From: Candidatus Eiseniibacteriota bacterium
Lineage (GTDB): Bacteria > Eisenbacteria > RBG-16-71-46
Length of the DNA: 64,000 bases
Assembly (NCBI GenBank): GCA_031370785.1
Contig: JANMQY010000079.1
Location: 40,675-104,674 of the forward strand
Reading direction: 5' to 3'
Position numbers and translations under genes: made by a program. Positions within the stretch are counted from its first letter, which is position 1; each line of letters starts with the position of its first letter. Of the stretch, positions 20,769 through 30,244 are shown piece after piece. Under the pieces are notes generated by a model that worked only from the letters and a program-made list of their open reading frames with translations, did not search any database and was not told where the DNA came from.

Positions 20769-21788
20769 TTATTTCGCGCTGCGCCGTCCCGATCCGCGCC
20801 GCGTCCCGGCGGCACGCGAGCTGGCGCGGCTGGGAGTGCGGCCGCCCGAGGTTGCCGGGCGGGCTCTGGCGCCTGATGCGCGCGCAACGGCCCTGGCGGC
20901 GGGTTTCTTCGCACTCACCTTCGCGCGGTTCTTCGTCGCCGAAGAGCGCGCGACCCCCGCTCTGGCCTTCGAAGTCGAAGTCTTCGTGGCCGCGCTGCGC
21001 AGCACCGCAGCTTTGCTCATGCGCTCCTGCTCGGCGCGGGCCTTCACGCGTTCCTGCTGGGCGCGAACCTTAGTCAGACGCTCCTGTTCCGCGTGGAACC
21101 TCGCGAGGCGCTCCTGCCCGATCCGGATTTTCGCGAGGCGCTCCTGCTCGGCCAGATTGCTCTTCGCCGCACGCGCGTTGGCGGCTGCCGCGCCCTTGGC
21201 GACCGCCGCGACCTCGGCCTCGCGTCTTGCGAGCGGCACCGCGGCCGGAGGCGAGAACAGGTCGAGCGTGCGCCCCACCGGCTTTGCGACCCGGGCCTCA
21301 TGGTCGAGGAGCCAGCGCTTGCGCGGAAGGCCGCCGCCGTAGCCGGTCATGGAGCCGTCGGCGCCGATCACCCGGTGGCATGCCACCACGATCGCGAGCG
21401 GGTTCTGGTTGTTGGCGAGCCCGACCGCGCGAGCGGCCTGCGGCTGGCCGACCTGGCGCGCGATTTCCGCATAGCTCACGGTCTCGCCGTACGGAATCCG
21501 ACGGAGGACATTCCACACCTGCATCTGGAACTCGGAACCGATGGGGTCGAGCGGGACGGTGAACTCGGTTCGATTGCCGCTGAAGTAGTCGTCGAGCTGG
21601 TCGACGTACTTCTTCAAGTTGAGCAGCGACGGCTCCCACTTCGCGTCTGGATGCTCGGCCTCGTGCGCGCCGATCATGCGCTTGAGGCTCTTGCGGTCCA
21701 TGAACTCGAGATAGCGAAGCCCGCGCTCGGTGCGCGCGAGAAACAGAAGCCCCAGGGGCGAGGACATTACATGGTAGGTGAGGCGCAT
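20769..21788 (-). CDS. ogt: Methylated-DNA-protein-cysteine methyltransferase with long C-terminal extension
   Basis: SPLG, GSEFQMQVW, IPYGETVSY, ARAVGLAN, ACHRVIG active site, GYGGG...KRWLLDHE. Confidence 0.9.
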   Translation of the reverse strand: MRLTYHVMSSPLGLLFLARTERGLRYLEFMDRKSLKRMIGAHEAEHPDAKWEPSLLNLKKYVDQLDDYFSGNRTEFTVPLDPIGSEFQMQVWNVLRRIPYGETVSYAEIARQVGQPQAARAVGLANNQNPLAIVVACHRVIGADGSMTGYGGGLPRKRWLLDHEARVAKPVGRTLDLFSPPAAVPLARREAEVAAVAKGAAAANARAAKSNLAEQERLAKIRIGQERLARFHAEQERLTKVRAQQERVKARAEQERMSKAAVLRSAATKTSTSKARAGVARSSATKNRAKVSAKKPAARAVARASGARARPATSGGRTPSRASSRAAGTRRGSGRRSAK

Positions 21789-21861
21789 CGCGGGGAGTCT
21801 AGCCGAGGGCCGAGCGGAGTGCCAAGCGCCGCGGGCGCGCCGGATCGTGCCGACCCGGTGC

Positions 21862-22599
21862 CTAGTGGCGCCGCACCGCGCCCAGCCGAGGCAGAACGCG
21901 ACCGGTACGCGCGCAGTAGCGGGTGAATTCGTCGCCGAATCTGCGCGCGAGCAGCGCCTCTTCGGCCTCCATGCGCGCGTGCAGCGCCAGCGCCATCAGC
22001 GCCGCGCCCACTAGGCCGATCGCGCTTCCGAATGCGAGCGCCGCTCCCAGGTTGGCGAGGCCCGCGCCGAGGTAGCCGGGGTGGCGGATGCGCGCGTAGG
22101 GCTCGCCGGTCTCGAGAGCGTGTTCGCGCTGCACCGCGACGACCGGGGCGAAGCGCGGCCCCAGCCGATCCATAGCCGCGATCCGCAGCGTGAGCCCCGC
22201 GGCCGCGAGCACGACTCCCGCCCAGCGCATGGGCGCTCCGCCCGGGAGCGGAAACCAGCCCATGCGCTCGCCAAGCGCGGAGAGCGGCGGAGTCAGAAGC
22301 GGGATCAGGAACAGCGCGAGCAGCAGCATGCGCTGGCCCGGCGCGGACTCGACCACGTCCTGCGCGCGCACCGGGCGCAGGAATCCGAGCACGAGCGTGG
22401 TCACCCCCCAGATCGCGACCAGCGCGAGCGCGCGAGCGTGATGAGCCAGCGCCCCCACGCCGCCCAGTGCCAGCGCGAGCAGCGCGGCGTCGAGCGCGGT
22501 CACGATCAGCGCGGTGATCAGCGTGCGCAGTGGATGTGTGCGACGTTCTTCGGCAGGGGTCACGGGGCGCAATCTATCAAATTGGGAGCGAGGCGTCAT
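21862..22599 (-). CDS. Isoprenylcysteine carboxyl methyltransferase (ICMT/PEMT) family membrane protein
   Basis: HALETGEPYARIRHPGYLG, RMEAEEALL...FGDEF..Y..RTGR. Confidence 0.88.
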   Translation of the reverse strand: MTPRSQFDRLRPVTPAEERRTHPLRTLITALIVTALDAALLALALGGVGALAHHARALALVAIWGVTTLVLGFLRPVRAQDVVESAPGQRMLLLALFLIPLLTPPLSALGERMGWFPLPGGAPMRWAGVVLAAAGLTLRIAAMDRLGPRFAPVVAVQREHALETGEPYARIRHPGYLGAGLANLGAALAFGSAIGLVGAALMALALHARMEAEEALLARRFGDEFTRYCARTGRVLPRLGAVRRH

Positions 22600-22651
22600 C
22601 GCGCTAGGCTCGCGCCGCCCTCAGTAGTCGCGCCCACCCCTGGAGAATGTC

Positions 22652-22906
22652 ATGCCCGGCATGCCGCCGCTTCATCCCGTCCTGGTTCACCTGGCTCGCG
22701 CGCTCGCGGGACGCGCCGGCAAGGCGACGCCGGTCGTCTCGGGGCTCGCTCTCGCGCTCCATCTCGCGGCCGCGATCGCGGTCGGGGTCGCGGGTTTCCG
22801 CGGTGGCCGACTGGTCTTCGAGCACGGCGGCGGTGTCCGCGTGCACGACCCGCTGGTTCCGAGCGATGGGCCGCCACGAGAAGAGGGCGAGCACGAGAAG
22901 GACTGA
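22652..22906 (+). pseudogene. DUF2231-like membrane protein, apparently internally deleted
   Basis: Has the start motif PLHPVLVH and the end motif GFRGGRLVFEHGGGV but lacks the intervening TM helices. GGAG RBS present. Confidence 0.5.
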
Positions 22907-22936
22907 GCGCGCCGCGCCCGGACCCAGGGCCTCCCA

Positions 22937-23758
22937 ATGCCCGCACAACCCCCGCTCCGCCTGATGGCCGTCCTTGCGCACCCCGACGATGAGTCGCTCG
23001 GGATGGGCGGCACGTTGGCGAGGTACGCGGCCGAAGGGGTCGAAACCTACCTCGTCACCGCGACGCGCGGGCAGAGCGGACGCTTCCGCGGGATTCCCGC
23101 GGGCGAGGGACATCCGGGCAAGGAGAAGCTGGCGCAGATCCGCGAGGCCGAGCTGCGGGCCGCCGCCGAGGCTCTCGGCGTGCGCGAGCTCGCGCTGCTC
23201 GACTACATGGACGGGGAGCTCGATCGCGCCGAGCCACGAGGAGTGATCGCGAAGATCGCGGCGCAACTGCGGCGCCATCGGCCGCAGGTCGTGCTCACCT
23301 TCCCGTCCGATGGCATCTACGGCCATCCGGATCACATCGCGATCTCGCAGTTCACGCTGGCCGCGATCGTGGCCGCGGCCGATCCGGCGCACGCAGCGGG
23401 CGCGGAGGCGCCGCATGCGGTGTCCAAGTGCTACTTCATGGTGACGTCCGAAGCCTCCTCGAACGCCTATCAGGCGGCGTTCAAGAAGCTCGTCTCCAAC
23501 GTGGACGGCGTCGAGCGGCACCTCATTCCGTGGTCCGACTGGTCGATCACCACGGTGGTGGATACGCGCGCGTATTGGGCGACGGCGTGGCGCGCGGTCT
23601 CGTGCCACGATTCGCAGATCGCCGGCTACCAGGCGCTGAAGACGCTCGAGCCCGATCATCACGAGGCGCTGTGGAGCAGCCGGGAGTACTACCGCGTATT
23701 CAGCACCGTGAATGGCGGGCGCAAGCGCGAGACCGACCTGTTCGAGGGCCTGCGCTGA
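22937..23758 (+). CDS. PIG-L/LmbE family deacetylase
   Basis: AHPDDE, TRGQ, REAEL, YGHPDH, HDSQ. Confidence 0.92.
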   Translation: MPAQPPLRLMAVLAHPDDESLGMGGTLARYAAEGVETYLVTATRGQSGRFRGIPAGEGHPGKEKLAQIREAELRAAAEALGVRELALLDYMDGELDRAEPRGVIAKIAAQLRRHRPQVVLTFPSDGIYGHPDHIAISQFTLAAIVAAADPAHAAGAEAPHAVSKCYFMVTSEASSNAYQAAFKKLVSNVDGVERHLIPWSDWSITTVVDTRAYWATAWRAVSCHDSQIAGYQALKTLEPDHHEALWSSREYYRVFSTVNGGRKRETDLFEGLR

Positions 23759-23814
23759 GGCGAGTCCGCACCGCGAACGAGCACGAGGCCCTGCCTCTGA
23801 CGGCCAGGGCGCGC

Positions 23815-23982
23815 CAGGGCTTTCGAAACAGGTAGAGCGCGAAGCCCAGCGTCTCCCGGCCCCATTGCAGATATCCGTCGCGCCAGCGACGGATGCGCTT
23901 CAGCATCGCATCCCGATCCGGATCGTCGGGGTTCTCGGCCGCGAATCTCGACGTTCGCGGCGTAAAGGCGTCCGGACTCCAC
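23815..23982 (-). pseudogene. Frameshifted C-terminal remnant of a class I SAM methyltransferase (YjhP-like)
   Basis: Joining two frames gives LYAANVE/AAENPDDPDRDAMLKRIRRWRDGYLQWGRETLGFALYLFRKP. No N-terminal SAM-binding domain. Family recognised from memory. Confidence 0.5.
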
Positions 23983-23985
23983 GCG

Positions 23986-25335
23986 CTACGGGTTCTCGAA
24001 CACCAGATCGCGCCTGGTCCAGTCGATGGTCATGCGCCATCCGCGCAGGAACGCGCCGGACAGCGCCGCATCGCGGCGCACGCCGTGTCGCCACAGCTCG
24101 CTGGAATCGATGCCGCCGGACCAGCCCGGCACCTTGTCCTTCGTGATCGGGCCGACGATCACCGCGGGCACGGTCACGCCGGTCCACGGCCGGCCGCGCA
24201 GCATCGAGCCGGCGCCGGTCACCGCGCGCGCGAGCACGCCGGCCTTGAGTCCGACCTCTTCGAACACTTCGGGTGGCGCGGCGATGCCGCATCCCGGGAT
24301 GCCGCTGTCGAGCGCCATCGCCATCCGGCGCCCGCCATTCATCGTGCCGTAGACGGTCAGCTCGTTCTCGCCCCAGATCTCGAACGGAACGCGCCGCGCG
24401 TCGGCGGCCGCACCGATCGCGGCATCCACCGGACGCAGCTCGAGTCGCAGCTTGTCGTAGTCGATCGTGGGCGAGAAGTGGCGCAGCAGGTTGATCCCGA
24501 TGACGCCGACCACGTGTTCACCCTGCGGATTCACCTCGACGCTCCAGCGTCCCAGCTTGAGCACGCCGGCGGGCACGTTCTCGATCTGAACGCCCTCGAG
24601 GTCGAGCCGCTGGACCATGGCGTTACGCACTGTGACCCGATCGCCGTTCCAGAGCACCGGCTGACTCGCCGGGAGCAGCGAGAGCTTGAGCTGGCGCGCG
24701 AAGTAGTCGTCGATGAGCAGGTCGCCGGCGCCGGTTTCGACCGCCATCAGCGCGCGCTGTCCGTTGATCTTCACGCGCACCAGCGGAAGCGGGTAGGCAC
24801 GCTGGAACGGCATGCTCGTCTCTTTCGCGCCCGAGATCCGATACGTGTCGCCTTCCGCGAGACGGCGCAGCATCTCGGCGTGGCCGGTCTGCCCCAGGGA
24901 ATCCGCGAGCGCCGCGGCCGCGGTGAATTCTCCGCGCCGGACACGCGCCGCCAGCAGATCGACGCCGGCGGTCGGATCTGCGTCGATGCCGCCGGCCAGC
25001 AGGCTCTCGGCCTCGGCGAGGCGATCGTTCCACAGCGCGAGCTTGCCGAGAGCGGCCTCGGCCGCATCGTCGCCGGGGTAGAGCTCGAGCACGCGCGTGA
25101 AGATCTTCCGGGCATCGGCGTAGCGGTTGAGCCGGAGCATCGCCACCCCGAGCGTGTCGAGCCGGGCGACGTTCGTGCTCTGCCCGACCGTATCGCGGAG
25201 CGCGGCACGCAGCGCGAACTGGGCGTCGCGGTAGGTGGCGTCGGGCTGGAGGAGCTCGGCATGCGCCGTGGAAATGCCGAACGCGGCGAGGGCGAGGACG
25301 AGAAGTGCAAGGGCGCGCTCCCGCGCGGCCGCCAC
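23986..25335 (-). CDS. Secreted TPR + tandem retropepsin-like aspartyl protease domain protein
   Basis: Signal peptide, TPR-like helices, VKING...MAVETGAG, GVIGINLL, TIDY; second lobe MALDSG...TIDW. GTG start inferred. Confidence 0.8.
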   Translation of the reverse strand: MAAARERALALLVLALAAFGISTAHAELLQPDATYRDAQFALRAALRDTVGQSTNVARLDTLGVAMLRLNRYADARKIFTRVLELYPGDDAAEAALGKLALWNDRLAEAESLLAGGIDADPTAGVDLLAARVRRGEFTAAAALADSLGQTGHAEMLRRLAEGDTYRISGAKETSMPFQRAYPLPLVRVKINGQRALMAVETGAGDLLIDDYFARQLKLSLLPASQPVLWNGDRVTVRNAMVQRLDLEGVQIENVPAGVLKLGRWSVEVNPQGEHVVGVIGINLLRHFSPTIDYDKLRLELRPVDAAIGAAADARRVPFEIWGENELTVYGTMNGGRRMAMALDSGIPGCGIAAPPEVFEEVGLKAGVLARAVTGAGSMLRGRPWTGVTVPAVIVGPITKDKVPGWSGGIDSSELWRHGVRRDAALSGAFLRGWRMTIDWTRRDLVFENP

Positions 25336-25336
25336 C

Positions 25337-26536
25337 TCAGCGCTCCAGGAACTTGCGCGCGGTGCGCAGCAGCACCTCGGCTCCGAGCGCGAGGCAGGCC
25401 TCGTCGACATCGAAGCGCGGGTGATGGTGGCCCCAGTGCAGGCCACGCGACTCGTTGCGCGAGCCCACCGCGATGAAGCACCCCGGCACCTCGCTGAGGA
25501 ACGCCGAGAAGTCCTCGCCGCCCATGGTGCGCACGTCGTCGAGCACGTTGGCCTCGCCGACCAGTTCGATCGCGGCCTCGCGTGCGATCGCGGTCATCGC
25601 TGGATCGTTCACGGTCGGACGGTTGTGACGCAGGTACTCGACCTCGACGCGGCAGCCGAACGCATCGGCGACCCCGCGCACGATGCGCTCGAAGCGGCCG
25701 GGCAGCTCGTTCCATACCTCGTCATCGAACACCCGGCAGGTGCCGTTCATCCACGCGATCTCGGGGATGACGTTGAATGCCGAACCCGCCCGGAGCTGGG
25801 TGACGCTCACCACCACTTCCTTGAGCGGGCTCACCTCGCGGCTCGCGATCGCCTGCAGCGCGCTGACCATGTGCGCCAGGCACAGCACCGGGTCGATGCC
25901 GAAGTGCGGCATCGCCGCGTGCGCGCCCTTGCCGCGCACGGTCACGGAGAACTCGTCCACCGCCGCCATCCACGGCCCCGGAGTGACGCCAATCTTACCG
26001 AGATCGAGGTCCTGCCATACGTGGAGCCCGAACGCGGCGTCGGGACGCGGCTTCTCGAGCGCGCCGTCGGCGATCATCGCGAGCGCGCCGCCGCCCTGCT
26101 CCTCGGCCGGCTGGAAGCACAGCCGCACCGAGCCCTTGAGCTCCGGCGCGAGCTCGGCCAGCTTCTTCGAGATGCCGAGCAGGATCGAGGTGTGGCAGTC
26201 GTGTCCGCACGCATGCATCTTGCCCGGCGTCTGCGATCGGTATGCGGTCTCGTTCTCCTCGTGGATCGGAAGTGCGTCCATGTCGGCGCGCAGCAGCACG
26301 GTCTTGCCGGCATGTCCGCCGCGGACGGTCGCGAGCACACCGGTCCTGCCCACCCCGGTGCGCGGCTCGAGGCCGAGGCCGCGCAGCCGATCGGCGACGA
26401 TCGTCGAGGTGCGCACTTCTTCGAACGCGATCTCAGGATGCTGATGCAGGTCGCGGCGGACGGCGATCAGTTCGTCCACGTCGGCGCGAGAGAAGCTGGT
26501 CTCGGCGTTCCTGCGGATGACGGTCTCGGCAGTCAT
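25337..26536 (-). CDS. M20D family amidohydrolase
   Basis: RRDLHQHPE, LRADMDALP, MHACGHDCH, FQPAEE, GKGAHAA, MGGEDFS, HHHPRFD. Confidence 0.93.
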   Translation of the reverse strand: MTAETVIRRNAETSFSRADVDELIAVRRDLHQHPEIAFEEVRTSTIVADRLRGLGLEPRTGVGRTGVLATVRGGHAGKTVLLRADMDALPIHEENETAYRSQTPGKMHACGHDCHTSILLGISKKLAELAPELKGSVRLCFQPAEEQGGGALAMIADGALEKPRPDAAFGLHVWQDLDLGKIGVTPGPWMAAVDEFSVTVRGKGAHAAMPHFGIDPVLCLAHMVSALQAIASREVSPLKEVVVSVTQLRAGSAFNVIPEIAWMNGTCRVFDDEVWNELPGRFERIVRGVADAFGCRVEVEYLRHNRPTVNDPAMTAIAREAAIELVGEANVLDDVRTMGGEDFSAFLSEVPGCFIAVGSRNESRGLHWGHHHPRFDVDEACLALGAEVLLRTARKFLER

Positions 26537-26654
26537 GAGCGTGGCCTCGGTGTCGTTCAGTGTGGGCGCGGTGTGGCCCGGCACGCGGTCGGGCGCGCAG
26601 CGAGCGCGCATTCTACGCTTCGCCAGCCGCGCGCGCCATGCCGCAGAGGCGCTG

Positions 26655-26702
26655 GAGCTGGCCGCGCGGCCAGTTGAGGCGGCCGACCCGCAACTGGCCG
26701 CC
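26655..26702. repeat. Intergenic 22-bp palindrome plus partial second copy (family shared with 42306-42432 and 51547-51605)
   Basis: GAGCT-GGCCGCGCGGCC-AGTTG (26655-26676), 14-nt spacer, then CAACTGGCCGCC. Confidence 0.7.
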
Positions 26703-26710
26703 ATAGCGAA

Positions 26711-26738
26711 GCGGGCCGGAGCACTCGCCCCGGCCCGC
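26711..26738 (-). terminator. GC-rich hairpin downstream of the first OmpA gene
   Basis: GCGGGCCGG...CCGGCCCGC inverted repeat about 40 nt after the stop; weak U tract. Confidence 0.5.
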
Positions 26739-26779
26739 CGCGATCCATCGGTGCGCGACCTTTCGAGGCCGCGCGCCTC

Positions 26780-28267
26780 TTACTTCTGCAGCAGCTTGCG
26801 CCTTTCGACTTCCTTCTTCAGCACGTCCTTGTTGAGCACCACGAACTCGACCCGGCGGTTCTTCGCCATGTTGAGCGCGCTGGTGTTCGGGACGAGCGGC
26901 TTGAGCTCGCCGTAGCCCTTCGCGGTGTACTGCTCGGGCTTGAGGGTCGGGAAGTTCTTGATGAGGTAATCCATCACCGATCTCGCCCGAGCCTCGCTCA
27001 GCCCCTGGTTGTAGGCGACGCTCCCGCGCGAGTCGGCGTGACCACCGATCTCGATCTTGAGCTCCGGCCACTTGGAAAGCACCGTTCCGACCACGTTCAG
27101 GACCGGATACGACTCGGGCAGGATGTCGGCCTTGGCGGTCTCGAAGTTCACGTTGTTGAGCCGGATCATGCCGGTGTCGAGCAGCTCGGTCTCTTTCTCG
27201 GTGACTTCGATCGGGCAGCCGTCGCTGTCCACCTTGAGTCCGGCCGCGGTGCCCGGGCACTTGTCGAGCCCGTCGTAAACGCCGTCGCCGTCCGAATCCA
27301 TCGGGCAGCCCTTCGCGTCCACGGTCGCACCCCTGGGCGTGTCGGGGCACTGGTCCAGACCATCCAGAACGCCGTCGCCGTCCGAGTCGGTCGGGCAGCC
27401 CTTCGCGTCAACGGTTGCGCCCTTCGGCGTGTCGGCGCACTGATCCATTCCATCGAGAACGCCATCGCCGTCGGTGTCCTTCGGGCAGCCGGTCGCGTCC
27501 ACGGTCGCGCCCTTGGGCGTACCGGGGCACTTGTCCAGGCCATCCAGAACGCCGTCGCCGTCCGCGTCGTGCGGGCAACCGTCGGCGTCCACCGTCGCGC
27601 CGAGCGGTGTATCCGGACACTTGTCCTTGCGGTTGGGCACACCGTCCGCATCGTCATCCTTGGGCGTGCCGCCGAAGGTGAACTGCAGGCCGGCGCCGAA
27701 GATTTCGTAGTTGAGCTTGGCGCTCTCGGGGCGCTTGTTCGGAATCCAGAGCAGGTTGCGCGCCTCGAGCCTCAGCCCGAGGTGGTCGGAAAAGCGGAAC
27801 AGCCACCCACCGGCGACGTCGAAGACGCCCTGGTCGAAGTTGTCCTTGCTCGTGTCGGGAAAGACCTTCGTGTCCTTGATCGTGGTGCGCGCCGCGCCGA
27901 AGCCGACGCTGACCCACGGTGCGCCCCACGAGCCCGGCGTCGGACTGAAGATGATGTTGCCCGTCGCGTGGATGAACGTGAGGTCGGTCTCGTTGCCACT
28001 CCCGTCCTTCGCCTTGCCCGGGGTATAGCCGCCGGCGATTTCCAGCCCGAGGCCGTTCGACATGATGTGACCGAAGCGCAGGCCGCCGTTGACTGCATCC
28101 TTCACCGTAATGCTGTCGTTGCTGGTGGCGAACTTGCCGAACTGTTTGTCGAAGTGAGTGATCCCGCCGAAGGGTGTGAAGTAATTGCGGGATTCCCCGG
28201 CGGTCGCGCGCACGGGGGCGATCGCAAGCATGGCGAGGGCAAGGAACAGAATGACTCTGACGCGCAT
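26780..28267 (-). CDS. OmpA-family protein: OM beta-barrel + 5 TSP3-like repeats + OmpA C-terminal domain
   Basis: AAAGGAG RBS, signal peptide, barrel strands, DxDGDGVxDxxDxCPxTP repeats, NFETAKA, GHADSRG, LSEARA, NRRVEF. Confidence 0.93.
   Translation of the reverse strand: MRVRVILFLALAMLAIAPVRATAGESRNYFTPFGGITHFDKQFGKFATSNDSITVKDAVNGGLRFGHIMSNGLGLEIAGGYTPGKAKDGSGNETDLTFIHATGNIIFSPTPGSWGAPWVSVGFGAARTTIKDTKVFPDTSKDNFDQGVFDVAGGWLFRFSDHLGLRLEARNLLWIPNKRPESAKLNYEIFGAGLQFTFGGTPKDDDADGVPNRKDKCPDTPLGATVDADGCPHDADGDGVLDGLDKCPGTPKGATVDATGCPKDTDGDGVLDGMDQCADTPKGATVDAKGCPTDSDGDGVLDGLDQCPDTPRGATVDAKGCPMDSDGDGVYDGLDKCPGTAAGLKVDSDGCPIEVTEKETELLDTGMIRLNNVNFETAKADILPESYPVLNVVGTVLSKWPELKIEIGGHADSRGSVAYNQGLSEARARSVMDYLIKNFPTLKPEQYTAKGYGELKPLVPNTSALNMAKNRRVEFVVLNKDVLKKEVERRKLLQK
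27212..27661 (-). repeat. Five 90-bp tandem repeats encoding Ca-binding TSP3-like units
   Basis: 5 x 30 aa (xDxDGDGVxDGxDxCxxTPxGAxVDxxGCP). Confidence 0.9.
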
Positions 28268-28461
28268 GGAGCACTCCTTTAGCTAGCGATGGCGGACGTA
28301 CGCCGGAACCTCGAGAGCGTGGATGCGGTGCAGGCTGTCAGTCGCGGCAAGATAACCGCTTGCCCCAGGCGCAGCAAGGACCAACGCCCGGCCCCGGCGG
28401 GACCCGCGCGGCGGCTGCCCGCGAAAATGGCGCGGCGAGCGCCCGCGGCGCGCAAAGGCGA

Positions 28462-28491
28462 CGGGCCGGACCCTTGGAGGGGTCCGGCCCG
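28462..28491 (-). terminator. Hairpin between the two OmpA paralogues
   Basis: Perfect 12-bp stem CGGGCCGGACCC/GGGTCCGGCCCG, 6-nt loop, 20 nt after the stop of the upstream paralogue. Confidence 0.55.
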
Positions 28492-28511
28492 GGCGTTCTC
28501 AAAGCCCTGCG

Positions 28512-30041
28512 CTACTTCTTCGTCGTGTCCGGCGGGGCCGGGGTGGGCGCGGGTGCGGGGACGGCCTCGCCCTTCTGGAGCAGGCGGCGCCGCTCGTTCT
28601 CGCGCTTGAGCACGTCCTTGTTGAGCACCACGAACTCGACCCGGCGGTTCTTCGCCATTCCGAGCGCGTCGGTGTTCGGCGCGATCGGCTTGAGCTCGCC
28701 GTAGCCCCTTGCCGTGAACTGATCCGCCTTGAGGTTCGGGAAATGCTGAACCAGATAGGTCAGCACCGATGAAGCGCGCGCCTCGCTCAGCTTCTGGTTG
28801 TAAGCCACGCTCCCGCGCGAGTCGGTGTGACCGCCGATCTCGATCCTCAGCTCGGGCCACTTCGACAGCACCTGCCCGACCACGTTCAGGACCGGATACG
28901 ACTCGGGCAGGATGTCGGCCTTGGCGGTTTCGAAGTTCACGTTGTTGAGCCGGATCATTCCGGTGTCGAGCAGCTCGGTCTCGCGCTCGGTGATCTCGAT
29001 CGGGCAGCCGTCCTTGTCGACCCGGGCCCCGGCCGGAGTGTCCGGGCACTTGTCGATGCCGTCCGGCACGCCGTCGCCGTCCGAGTCGGTCGTGCAACCG
29101 GTCGAATCCACCTTCGCGCCCTTCGGAGTGTCCGGGCACTTGTCGATGCCGTCGAGCACGCCGTCGCCGTCCGAGTCCATCGGGCAGCCCTTCGCATCCA
29201 CGGTCGCGCCCCTGGGCGTGTCGGCGCACTGGTCGATGCCGTCCCAGACGCCATCGCCGTCCGAGTCCGACGGACATCCGCTCGCATCGACGATCGCGCC
29301 CTTCGGAGTGTTCGCGCACTTGTCGAGCCCGTCGAGCACGCCATCCGCATCGCTGTCCTTCGGACAACCGGTCAAGTCCACGGTCGCGCCGAGCGGCGTG
29401 TCCGGGCACTTGTCGCGCCGATCCGGCACGCCGTCGCCGTCGGTGTCGCGCGGCTTCGCGCCCATCGCGAGCTCGATGCCCGCGCCGAACACCAGGTTGT
29501 TGTAGAGGAACTTGATCTTCGGTTCCTTCTGCATCAGCGAGACGTTGCGCGCTTCGAGCCTCAGCCCGATCGCGTCGGTGAGCCAGAAGCGCACGCCGCC
29601 GCCCAGCTCGACCGTTCCGTACGTCAATTTGCGGCTCGGAAGGGAGCTCGACGAATTCGCGGAGTACTTGAGATTGCTGTAGCCGTAGCCTGCGAACAGG
29701 AACGGTCCGCCGTAGCGCCCCTGGAACGGAGTCAGCATCAGGTTGCCCGAGGCGTGCCAGAAGTCCACGTCGCGCCCGCCGGTGCTGTCCTCGGTCGTCG
29801 GCGCGAAGCCGCCCGCCGCTTCGATGCCGAAGGCGCGACCGTGCCATCCGATCCGGCCGCCGGCGTAGAGCTCGTCCTTGAGCGGCAGCGTGCCGGGGAA
29901 GAACAGGTCGCCGTCGAAGATGGTGTAACCGGCGAAGGGCGTGAGCGTGAAGTACGAGCCGATGGGTTCCGCCGAGGCCGCGCGCGTCGCGAGCAGCGCA
30001 GCACAGACCACGAGGGCGAAACGAAGGCGGGCGCGGCGCAT
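28512..30041 (-). CDS. OmpA-family protein paralogue (barrel + 5 TSP3-like repeats + OmpA C-terminal domain)
   Basis: ATG at 30041 after GGAGA; signal peptide; same architecture as 26780..28267. Confidence 0.93.
   Translation of the reverse strand: MRRARLRFALVVCAALLATRAASAEPIGSYFTLTPFAGYTIFDGDLFFPGTLPLKDELYAGGRIGWHGRAFGIEAAGGFAPTTEDSTGGRDVDFWHASGNLMLTPFQGRYGGPFLFAGYGYSNLKYSANSSSSLPSRKLTYGTVELGGGVRFWLTDAIGLRLEARNVSLMQKEPKIKFLYNNLVFGAGIELAMGAKPRDTDGDGVPDRRDKCPDTPLGATVDLTGCPKDSDADGVLDGLDKCANTPKGAIVDASGCPSDSDGDGVWDGIDQCADTPRGATVDAKGCPMDSDGDGVLDGIDKCPDTPKGAKVDSTGCTTDSDGDGVPDGIDKCPDTPAGARVDKDGCPIEITERETELLDTGMIRLNNVNFETAKADILPESYPVLNVVGQVLSKWPELRIEIGGHTDSRGSVAYNQKLSEARASSVLTYLVQHFPNLKADQFTARGYGELKPIAPNTDALGMAKNRRVEFVVLNKDVLKRENERRRLLQKGEAVPAPAPTPAPPDTTKK
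29001..29450 (-). repeat. Five 90-bp tandem repeats encoding TSP3-like units
   Basis: 5 x 30-aa units as in the neighbouring paralogue. Confidence 0.9.
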
Positions 30042-30244
30042 AGAGTTCTCCATGATTGCCAGGGTGAAACGGAGGGTGCGGTTGATGGCGCAGGAGCCCG
30101 GTCTCTCCCGTCGGACGGTTCGGAAGGCGGGACGATAGCGGCGGAGAACGGCGGAGGCAAGCTTTGCGCGCGCGAGTGCGCGTCGGCGCCGCGCGCGAGT
30201 AAGCGCCGGCCCTGCGCGCCGGGAACGCGGCAGGCGCGCTTCGT

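Noticed and set aside
27212..29450. Regularly spaced repeats resembling a CRISPR array
   Set aside because: They are in-frame 90-bp coding repeats with synonymous variation, no unique spacers and no cas genes.
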